Assembly (NCBI RefSeq): GCF_006345805.1
Contig: NW_021836368.1
Span: 1 to 24,576, forward strand
Length of the DNA: 24,576 bases
Direction of reading: 5' to 3'
DNA from: Octopus sinensis
Taxonomy: Eukaryota
The notes beneath the pieces are model-generated. The model saw only the letters and a list, made by a program, of their open reading frames with translations, ran no database searches and was not told where the DNA came from. This document shows, piece by piece, positions 10,718-21,169 of the stretch (its first letter is position 1; every line of letters begins with the position of its first letter). Made by a program: the position numbers and the translations under genes.

Positions 10718-11528
10718 ACACACACACACATTTACACGACGGGTTTGTAACACTTTCCCTCTACCAGATCTTTGTGGTCTTCGTCACTATTTACAATTTT
10801 GTTCCAATTGTTTTCAAATTTTGTATATTGATTAAGTTTTGTATACTAATTATGAAAATGAAATTCATTTCCCCTATAAATCCATAATTAAAAAAGTTAT
10901 TAGGTTTTAAAATTTGCAAAATTTGTTTATTTTAGGAGTATTTTACACATCACAGTGGCGAAAAGCTCTGTTTCCATAGTAACCAAAGATGCTACGCATG
11001 CGCACAAGGAGGAGAAGGAGATACGAAAAAGATAATTGTCTACTATAATAATACTCTTGTGTTTTTCTCCGTCGCAACATATGAATGAGAAAGGAAGGGG
11101 ATGCTAAATGAATAAGGAAGGAAGGGGTGATGTCAAACTAGTAGTGGGAGCGTTCCAATTCTGTGTGAGTATGTGTGTGTGCGTCTTTGTAAAAGGGAAG
11201 TATGTGAATGTTTGTCTGTGTGAAAGCTTTTAAATATCTAATTTGCTCGCGAATGATTTAATGTTAACTTCATTCGTATATATTTTAATGTTATGACTGT
11301 TATTTCTAGCAATGTTTTGACATGCCGATGCCCCTTCCGGCTGATGGTGGAAGAGGCAGCGAATTCGCTATTTTCTGATTGGCTGAAAGTTCTGAGAATT
11401 ATCAGACTTTGAAGACCTGTAACATTTTTGTAAAATTTTTCTGGAATAAATGAAAAACAAGTTCGGATTCAGCGTCAAAAATTACGTTTATGATACATTA
11501 AAAACATTTTTTAAAGATAATTGTAAAC

Positions 11529-11942
11529 AGGCGCAGGCGTGGCTGTGTGGTAAGTAGCTTGTTTACCAACCACATGGTTCCGGGTTCAGTCCCACTGCGT
11601 GGCACCTTGGGCAAGTGTCTTCTACTATAGCCTCGGGCCGACCGAAGCCTTGTGAGTGGATTTGGTAGACGGAAACTGAAAGAAGCCCGTCGTATATATG
11701 TATATATATATGCGTGTGTGTGTTTGTGTATCTGTGTTTGTCCCCCTAGCATTGCTTGACAACCGATGCTGGAGTGTTTATGTCCCCGTTACTTAGCGGT
11801 TCGACAAAAGTGACCGATAGAATAAGTACTGGGCTTACAAAAAGAATAAGTCCGGGGTCGAGTTGCTCGATTAAAGGCGGTGCTCCAGCATGGCCGCAGT
11901 CAAATGACTGAAACAAGTAAAAGAGTAAAAGAGTAAAGAGAG
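11529..11942 (+). mobile_element. SINE family A, full-length copy A4
   Basis: Intact A/B boxes, both modules, and a (GAGTAAAA)n tail. Confidence 0.92.
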
Positions 11943-11964
11943 TGACGAAAACCACAAAAGTCCC

Positions 11965-12092
11965 CATCTGCCAAATCCACTCACAAGGCTTTGGTCGGCC
12001 CGAGACCATAGTAGAAGACACAATAGTGGAACTGAACCTGAAACCATATAGTTGGGAAATAAACTCCGTACCAGACAGCCACGCCTACGCCT
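11965..12092 (-). mobile_element. SINE family A, 5' module with internal deletion (A5)
   Basis: CCAAATCCACTCACAAGGCTTTGGTCGGCCCGAG...CAGCCACGCCTACGCCTGT; lacks the CTTGCCCAAGGTGCCACGC segment. Confidence 0.8.
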
Positions 12093-12987
12093 GTGAATCT
12101 TGGGGGTCTCGTCATTTTGAGTTGTCTTTCCTTCTCGTATTGTTGGACTCGTTAAAAAGTTCATGGTTTGTGGTGGGTTTTGTTGTTTATATTAGTACAT
12201 ATATTGATTATCTTCTTTGGTAACATTGTACAAGGATAAAACTTGATTAGGAGTTTCTAATTTTTAGAGGCTCTGGGAAATTTCATTAAAAAACAAATTA
12301 TATATTTTATGGTTCTCTATGAACTTTTAAAAAGACTTTGAATCACCACGGGTACCGCTGGTTTCAACCTGAAAACGGTGGATAATTGGCAGAAGAGTTC
12401 GAACAAAGTATGAAATGATTAACATTATGAGGTTGTCTTGACATAACGAGTTCAAATTCTGGTGGGGTTGACTGTAACTATCCACTAGAAAGAGCAGTCT
12501 TTCAGTCTCAAATCATACCGTTGCGTCTTCCATAAGGAAAAGACATTTGAATATGACACTACATAGTCTTAAAATGACGGGATGATCACATTTGGAATGT
12601 TTTTGATTATATGCTTACTCGACTAGAACTGACTCAGAGCTAAACTCCGCCAGCAATAACAAAAGGAAGAAGTCTCTATGTGGTCATTCGACCTTTAGAA
12701 ATAACGGCCAAATCGTGTTCATATTATATTTTAACTCCTTAAAAAAAGTTACAAGTGTCATTGATGGAACGCTTTTGAACAAATTTCTGATCGATCAAGA
12801 CCGACTCAGGGTTAAACAATAACAGCAGCAGCAGCAGCACCAATATTTCGCACCACATCATAAACTAAATGCTTGGGAAAATCTCGATATCTCAATAATT
12901 GCAGATCAAAGAAATATGATTAAAAAAAAAAAAGAAATTTTAACAAACCACAACTGCTGCTCCTTCTCCTCATCCCCCTTCTCCTCG

Positions 12988-13027
<40 letters not shown>
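12988..13027. repeat. (TAC)n trinucleotide microsatellite
   Basis: Perfect TAC run. Confidence 0.95.
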
Positions 13028-13028
<1 letters not shown>

Positions 13029-13343
13029 TTTTTTCAAGCGACTTCTACTCACTGGGGTGGCTTGCCGATGGCAACAAATTTTTCCAGACTCTTTCTTCTT
13101 TGTATCTGAAAAAGGAGTTTTACTCCGAAATACTACAGGAATATTAAACAACCAAAGTAAAATAATAATATATCTTTATTTTTGCTTCCATTCATGTTTC
13201 GATTAATTCTTCATCCGCATTGCTCAAAGAATTTTCAAACATTTATCTCAAGCGTCAGGTTTAGCCAGGTAGGGAAGGACAGCATCATCCAAGAGCCTAT
13301 GTGTTTCCAGGGCCTCTAAGACAGGTAAGAGCAATGGAGGTAA

Positions 13344-13569
13344 GAGCTGGCAGAAACATTAGCACGCCGAGCGAAATGTGTAGCCGTATTTCATCTGCCG
13401 CTACGTTCTGAGTTCAAATTCCGCCGAGGTCGACTTTGCCTTTCATCCTTTCGGGGTCGATTAAATAAGTACCAGTTACGCACTGGGGTCGATGTAATTG
13501 ACTTAATCCCTTTGTCTGTCGTTGTTTGTCCCCTCTATGTTTAGCCCCCTGTGGGCAATAAAGAAATAG
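13344..13569 (+). mobile_element. SINE family B, copy B3
   Basis: GAGCTGGCAGAAACATTAGCACGCCG head, shared core, tail ending GGGCAATAAAGAAATAG. Confidence 0.92.
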
Positions 13570-13734
13570 ATATTGTTCTCAAACTAGAAACCTGGCCTGT
13601 ATGCCTGCAACAGAGTGGAGTCTGTTAAAAGTAGCGTAGGACCAGGACCAGATGGTGGTGTTAAAGAGGGAGACGCATTAAGTCCACAACGCAGCAACTC
13701 AGACAGGACACCACAGGATATCTCGTTCAACGTT

Positions 13735-13997
13735 CTGACGATTCAACTGCTCCGGACTGGCCATTTTTATTTTATCGATCTTGACGGATGGAAAAGGCAA
13801 AGTTAACCGCTGTGAGGTTTGAACTCAGAGCGCAGAGAGAAAGGGGGGGGGGGAGGAGCAGAGAGAAAGAAAGAAAGAGAGAGAAAGAAAGAAAGAGTGT
13901 GTATGTTGAAACAAATATTTTTTTTTTTACACACTCTGCATTACTCTGTCAATTCACTGCCAACATATGACAGTAGTGTCGATGTAAACATTGTACA
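13735..13997 (+). repeat. Local direct duplication, copy 1 (decayed reverse B fragment, GA tract and unique flank)
   Basis: Near-identical to 14664-14921 outside the GA microsatellite. Confidence 0.93.
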
Positions 13998-14663
13998 ATA
14001 TACACTCTTTAAGATGTGGCTAATTGTCCGGAAAATTTTAATATTATGAACATCATCATCAGCGGCAGCAGCGGTAACAGCAATGACAGCACCAAACCCC
14101 CACCATCACCACCACCACAACAACAACAACAACAACCAGATCAATTGAAGTAGCCTTTGTGAAGTTGCTCTAATTTTATAGTTATATATTCACAATGTTT
14201 CCATCAACACTGTGTTCTTATGTAGGCGACGACTTGATAGAATGGTTAGAGCGGAAGATAAAATGTTTTGCGGTATTTAACCCAGCTTTCCACACCATTT
14301 ATTCCCGATATTTTGAAAAAAAAGAAAAAGACGTTCCTGCTTCCGTTGTGATGTATCCATCATAGATGGTAAAACGAGTTAGTTTCCGTTAACGGTGCAA
14401 TAAATATCTCTCAAGTTTATGAGAGAAAAATAAACACAGAATCGAAAAATAGAATCAAAATGGAACGAAATTGGAACAAATTTAGGGGAAACTTGTCATG
14501 GACTTTGTGAGAGATCAAGAGATGGAGATAATAAGGGAGAGTTCGGAAGATGACGAAGGCGAAGAGAAAATGAAAGTGAGTCGTGAGTCATGAGAATGTC
14601 TTAATATAAGTAGAGAATAACAGATACTTCTCAAAGTATCTACACGCCCCGAAAAACTCTGAA

Positions 14664-14921
14664 CTGACGATTCAACTGCTCCGGACTAGCCATTTTTATT
14701 TTATCGATCTTGACGGATGGAAAGGCAAAGTTAACCGCTGTGAGGTTTGAACTCAGAGCGCAAAAAGAAAGGGGGGAGACAGAGAGAAAGAAAGAAAGAG
14801 AGAGAGAGAGAGAAAGAAAGATTGTGTATGTTGAAACAAATATTTTTTTTTTACACACTCTGCATTACTCTGTCAATTCACTGCCAACATATGACAGTAG
14901 TGTCGATGTAAACATTGTACA
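14664..14921 (+). repeat. Local direct duplication, copy 2
   Basis: CTGACGATTCAACTGCTCCGGACT...GATGTAAACATTGTACA is repeated 929 bp downstream of copy 1. Confidence 0.93.
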
Positions 14922-16019
14922 TGGTTATGTAGGTTATGTAGGTTTTTGAAGATCATCTTTTATTAATTGTACAAAGACGTTTGTATCCCTGTTTCTGCAG
15001 GACATTAATCTTATAATAATTTTCCCTTTCGTATCTTAATTACAAACTTTTTTTCTTTCAGTTTCCAAACATAGGTATCAAATTTTGTCACGCCTCTGTT
15101 TTTTTTTTGACGTCTTTAAAAGACGTGTATTTATTGAAACTTTATTTGAAGTTTCCTTTAGTCGTGCCGATGTATCTATCATTTGAGTGCCGTGTCTGCG
15201 ATAAACAGTGCTTCATTACAAACATGCTCGGTGGTCTAATCTGACGCTGACTTCCACCATAAAGGCAACAAACTAGTAATTGGCTTGTTAGAAACTAACA
15301 ACATTTTTCTTCACTAAAAAGTATGATGCAAATTGAAAATATATAAAAATATATAAAACGAAAAACGATTATAACAAACACATATAGTCACAAGTATTCA
15401 TAACAACAAGAGCATTAACATGACTCAGTATAGAGCATATAACATGAAATAACAGCAACAACAAATCATGTTGTTACAAACAACAACAACAGCAACAACA
15501 ACAACAACAACACACGATAGAGCATAAAACAACACATGTAATAACTCAATAAAAAACAGTAAGACATGTTGTTACAAATAACAACAACAACAACAACTTA
15601 GTTGTCTGGTCATTAATTTCTGTATTAGTAATTGATGTCCAACGATTAATTATTCTCTCTCTCTCTCTCTGTCTAACTTCTTTCTCTGTCTCCGTCTCTC
15701 TTTCTCGTTTCTCCCCCACTCTCTCTACCCCACCCCACACAGCGGCAGTTTTGATAATTAGAAAATTGGTGAAAATTACTTGATAGTTCTGATTTTCATT
15801 AAACCGTCTGTTGTTTTGATATGGAGCATAGTCCCCCCCCGCCTCTTCTCTGTTCTCTCCACCGCCTTTCTTTCTCTCTCTCTCTCTCGCTACCCTTTCC
15901 AACTTACATACATATATATATATATATATATACATATATAGGCAAATGCAAATATCCAAAGACATAGGTACATACAGGCACATACATGGAGAGATTCTAC
16001 ACGCACACACACACATGTA

Positions 16020-16101
16020 AATCCATGTATTTCTACATACATACATGTATACATACATGTGTGTATTTATATATACATACATACATACAAACATACATAC
16101 A

Positions 16102-16135
<34 letters not shown>

Positions 16136-16202
16136 CATGTAGATGTAGGTACGTACATATATGTTTGTATGTATGCATATATTTTTATTTATCACCTATA
16201 TA

Positions 16203-16266
<64 letters not shown>

Positions 16267-17490
16267 TTGTACGTGTATATGCACAGAGGAATATGCATGC
16301 ATACACATAGTGTATACAAATACATTTACAGTCATATATACACTGACACAGACGTATGCATACAAATACATACACATTATATATGTAAGTATGGATGCGT
16401 GTGTGTCTATGTATGTATATGTATATATCTATATACGTAGTATGTATGTATGGGTATATGTACGCTTGCATGTATGTATGTATGTACGGATGTATGTATG
16501 TATGTATTATGTATGGGTGTATGTACGCTTGTATGTATGTCTGTATGTATGTATGTATGTTATTATGATGTATGTATGTATGTATGTATGCATGTATGTA
16601 TGTATGTATGTATGTATGCATGCATGCATGTATGTATGTATGTATGTATGCATGTATGTATGTATGTATGTATTATGTATGTATGCATGCATGCATGCAT
16701 GTATGTATGTATGTATGTATGGTATGTATGTATGATGCCATGCATGCATGTATGTATGTATGTATGTATTATGTATGTATGTAGTATGTATGTATGTGTA
16801 TGCATGCATGTATGTATGCATGTATGTATGTATGCATGTATGTATGTATATATGTATGTATGTATGTATGTATGCATGATGCATGTATGTATGTATGTAT
16901 GTATGTATGCATGCATGCATGTATGTATGTATGTATGCATGTATGTATGTATGTATGTATGTATGTATGTATGTATGTTGTGTTATGTATGTATGTATGT
17001 ATGTATGTATGTCTGTATGTATGATTATGTATGTGTGTATGTATGTGTGTAATGTGATGTATGTATGTATGTATGTATGTATGTGTGTGTATTTATGTAT
17101 GTATGTATGTGTATGGCATGCATGCATGTATGTATGCATGTATGTATGTATGCATGTATGTATGTATGTATGTATGTATGTATGTATGTATATGCATGCA
17201 TGCATGTATGTATGTATGTATGTATGTATGCATGCATGCATGTATGTATGTATGTATGCATGTATGTATGTATGTATGTATGTATGTATGTATGTTTGTA
17301 TGTATGTATGTATGTATGCATGTATGTATGTATGTATGTATGTATGTATGCATGTATGTATATATGTATGTATGTATCTATGTATGTATGTATGCATGCA
17401 TGTATGTATGTATGTATGTATGTATGTATGTATGTATGTATGTATGTATGTATGTATGTACGCTTGTATGTATGTATGTATGTATGTATG
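16020..17490. repeat. Compound microsatellite: (CATA)n, (TA)n, then ~1.07 kb of (TATG)n with TGCA interruptions
   Basis: CATA array ~16020-16140, TA ~16195-16255, TATG ~16420-17490. Confidence 0.93.
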
Positions 17491-18452
17491 CATGTACATT
17501 CACATGCACACAAGCACTCACATATACACACCCATTCACATTTCTTCACGTGATAATAGTTTGGGAGGTAGTTGTAGTGGTATTGGTTGTACATTTGTAA
17601 TAAGTGGTGGTAAAGTGTTGAGTCTAAAGTTATGGTAATGGTGTTTGTTGCAGGGGTGCTGGCTATAGTGGTGGTGGCGGTAGTGTCTGTACGGTGGTAT
17701 TGGTTACAGTGCTAATGTTTTGCTGTAGTGGTATAGTGTTGGTTGTAGTAGCATTGTTAACATGGTAGTGGCAGTGGTTGTGGTAGTAGTGGTAATATTT
17801 GTGGTTTTTTTGCTGGTGTTGTGGTGGTAGTACTGGTGGTTATAATGGTGTTATTGTGCGTTGTGATTGTAGCAGTCATGGCTGTAGTGGTGGTGGTGGT
17901 GGTGATGAATGATGAGGAAGAGAAAAAGAGAGAAAGGAGGGGAGAAAGAAGGAGAGAGAAAATGAGAAAGAGAGAAAATGAGAGAGAGAGAGAGAAAGAG
18001 GGAGAGAGAGAGAAAGAGAAAGAGAAAGAGAGGGTGTATATAGAATATGGTGAGTGTGTAAGAAAAGCCGATATTTCAAACACTGCAGACGACAATACAG
18101 TTGATGGTTGACAGGGCATTGATTGAAGCGATTGATAGTGGTGGGGGCAGTGTTGATGGAGAGGATGGTGTGCGGGATGGTTCTGATGGTATGTTGGTGA
18201 TGGTGGAATTTACGATACGTTACATGTGTATGCATGCCTTTTGATATATATATATATCTTTATATATATATATATATTATATATATATATATATAATATA
18301 TATTCTATATATATTATATATATATTATATAATATCATACATACATATATACATACATATGTGCGTGTGAGTGCGTGTATATGCGTATGTGTGTGCCTGT
18401 ATAGTTATATATATGTAAATATACATACAGGTATGCTAATATGTTCGTCTGC

Positions 18453-18538
<86 letters not shown>
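18453..18538. repeat. (CTAT)n / GATA-type microsatellite
   Basis: Perfect CTAT run. Confidence 0.95.
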
Positions 18539-18539
<1 letters not shown>

Positions 18540-18888
18540 CTCACACTTACGTGTGTATGTATATGCAGCAGATTTTACGTCAGTAAAGTTGCTTTTAAAC
18601 ATTAGAATGTTTTTCACATGGGACACCTATGTACATACATACATATATATATTATATATATATATTTGTATATAATATATAGTATATATATATATATATA
18701 TGTCTGTGCGCATGTGCACACACACATATATATATATGTGTATGTATGAATATACATATATATATATAATATATATAATTATATATATATGCATGTACAT
18801 GTGTGTGCAATGTTAGATATGTGTATGTACATGAGCGGATACGACGCATGTATACGATTGTGTATATGAGAAAGAAAAAGGAGAAAGA

Positions 18889-18943
<55 letters not shown>

Positions 18944-19442
18944 GAGAGAGTGAGAAAGGAAGAGAGGGAGAGAGGTAAAGAGTGAGAGAGGAAGAAGAGA
19001 GAAGTGAAGAAAAGTCTAGAAGATATCGAAAGCAATGCCAGAAGATCGATATTCGGTTAGAGAAACCATATATTAACGACACGAGAATGCTAGCTTCATC
19101 TACCACTTGTTGCCGTCATCGAATGACAGACGATATTTCATCTTGGGAACAAAACAACTAGTAATGGCGCTTCAATCTTCCAAGCTGTCGTCTGCTTTTT
19201 CCATTTCCTATATAAATGGGAACATTAAGAACTGAGAGGTATCAGAAGCGATAGACGCCAGAACTGATACATTCTCTGTTCGATTCTCGCCTTGGTCGAC
19301 TTTACTTTTCATGATCTTCCCGATATAAATATCTACTACTGACTTTTAATCGGCTTCCCGCAAATTTCAAGTCTAGACTTATTTCTGTTATGCAAGTTAT
19401 AGGTGCAGAAATAGTTGTATGTTGAAGAGTATGCGGTTATAG

Positions 19443-19500
<58 letters not shown>

Positions 19501-19766
19501 CACGTATGTGTGTTGTTGTATGTATATGTATGTATATATGTATATTCATATGTATGTGTGTATATATATATATATACATATATACTCATCCATATACACA
19601 TATACAAACACACACACGCATATATATATATATATATATATATACATAAATATATACTTACACACACATATATATATATATACACACACATACATTTATA
19701 CATATATATATATACATGCATATATATATTTATGCATTTATATGTGGATGTGTGTGTGTGTGTGTG

Positions 19767-19804
<38 letters not shown>

Positions 19805-20055
19805 CGTGTATGTGTATGTGAGGAAGAGGTGCCATAGATAGATAATTTCCTCGAGTTATTTTTGCAAGACTCCATAAACACCTTTGCTAAATCAATAAAC
19901 GTTTCGATTTGATTGTAAATTCTGTTCATATTTTTAGTTCAATAGACACAACACTAAGTTGAAACATTATCTAAAATGCTAACGGCAAGCTGTTTGACTT
20001 TTTTAAAGCAATCTTTTCGAATGAATAGAAGCTAACTTCGGAAGCTTCCGCTCAC

Positions 20056-20164
20056 CTTCGTAGATAATCGACTTACACAATGTTTTAGCAACAACTTTAT
20101 CGAATTCATCAACTTCATCTTCTGGCTTCACCATCTGAGGTGTCGACATTTTCCGCTTTGTCAT
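20056..20164 (-). CDS. Putative first coding exon of an unidentified host gene (MTKRKMSTPQMVKPEDEVDEFDKVVAKTLCKSIIYE, phase-1 donor)
   Basis: Non-repetitive, protein-like composition. In-frame ATGs at 20164 and 20149 (context GGAAAATGT). Strong donor GAAG|GTGAG (intron starts at 20055), acceptor TTTACTTCGCTCGACAAGTTTCAG| at 20169, upstream donor GATA|GTGAGT at 20299. The region is locally CpG-rich. Confidence 0.5.
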
Positions 20165-20620
20165 GAAACTGAAACTTGTCGAGCGAAGTAAATATCTGTT
20201 GCGTGATGACTGTCTCGGCATTTGGAAGATTTTGTAAGAGAAGAATAGAAACGACCCGATCTGAATGATAATAAGAGGGTAACGGGGCGATGTACTCACT
20301 ATCTGGATAGGCAAAATCTTTCTGCTAGCCTGCACCGAATAATCTGAAACAAATCCATTCAGCTGTCTCAGGGATTGTTTGAGCCGCAAATTCTAGATTT
20401 TTAAAATATTCTTATTTTATAAAAATTATTTTTTACAGCGTAGGAGTGGCTGTGTGGTAAGTAGCTTGTTTACGAACCACATGGTTCCGGGTTCAGTCTC
20501 ACTGCGTGGCACCTTGGGCAAGTGTCTTCTACTATAGCTTCGGGCCTTCCAAACCCTTGTGAGTGGATTTGGTAGAGGGAAACTGAAAGAAGCCCGTCGT
20601 GTATATGTATATATATATAT

Positions 20621-20945
20621 ATTAATAGTTATCGCTATACTAATATGGCAGTCTTATAAATATAAGACTAAAGCTGTCGCTGATTAGCTCCATGAGGCCA
20701 TCGCCTTAAGCTAGCTATTTGACACACAAACTGCGTCCATTATAAACCTTCGAACAAGGGAGGTTAGCCGCTTCATCCTGCCAGTCAGACAGCTACAGAC
20801 GGCGTTTCAGGGTTGTTGCCCCTTATCAATGCAGCGTAGTCTTATATTTATAAGACTGCCATATTAGTATGGCGATAACTATTAATTTCCAGTAACGCTG
20901 CCGTAATCTCTTTTAGAGAGACTTAGTAATTTTAATATTTCTATT
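20621..20945 (-). mobile_element. Inverted-repeat insert carrying a hammerhead motif; probable Penelope-like 3' end or non-autonomous element
   Basis: 50-bp inverted repeats at 20621-20670 and 20837-20886 (1 mismatch), a hammerhead core between them, and a 59-bp asymmetric extension reading IEILKLLSLSKRDYGSVTGN* on the minus strand. Confidence 0.7.
20792..20835 (-). ncRNA. Minimal type I hammerhead ribozyme motif (U3:A8 variant)
   Basis: Minus strand reads GCUGCA UUGAUAA GGGG CAACAA CCCU GAAA C GCC GUC / UGUAGC. Stem I is GCUGCA:UGUAGC, the core is UUGAUAA...GAAA, stem II is GGGG:CCCU, helix III is 2 bp, and the GUC cleavage triplet predicts a cut between 20798 and 20797. Confidence 0.72.
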
Positions 20946-21169
20946 ATATATATATATGTATGTATGTGTGTGTATATGTTTGTGTGTCTGTGTTTGTCCC
21001 CCCAACATCGCTTGACAACCGATGCTGGTGTGTTTACGTCCCCATAACTTATCGGTTCGGCAAAAGAATAAGTCCTGGGGTCGATTTGGTCGACTAAAGG
21101 CGGTGCTCCAGCATGGCCGCAGTCAAATGCTTGAAACAAGTACAAGAGCATTAACAACAATAATAACTC

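Larger units (their letters stand above)
20435..21148 (+). mobile_element. SINE family A, copy A6, split by an insertion in its central TA tract
   Basis: 5' module at 20435-20620 and 3' module at 20946-21148 are collinear with A1/A4, separated by 325 bp of unrelated sequence. Confidence 0.9.

Noticed and set aside
14224-14280. Further very degenerate SINE scraps here and at ~10405-10460, ~10735-10790, ~12400-12475, ~12620-12820 and ~19270-19340
   Set aside because: Recognisable only by short words; boundaries and family cannot be supported well enough to list them as features.
58-19929. Dozens of ORFs of type MYVCMYVC / HTYIHTYI / YIYIYI, including the 468-aa ORF at 5881-7287 and the 330-aa ORF at 16507-17499
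   Set aside because: They are stop-free translations of TATG, TA, GT and GA microsatellites and the minisatellite, with no protein-like content.
20003-20389. The 128-aa minus-strand ORF as a single-exon gene
   Set aside because: It starts at a non-ATG codon and reads through consensus donor and acceptor sites; only the internal 20056-20164 part looks coding.
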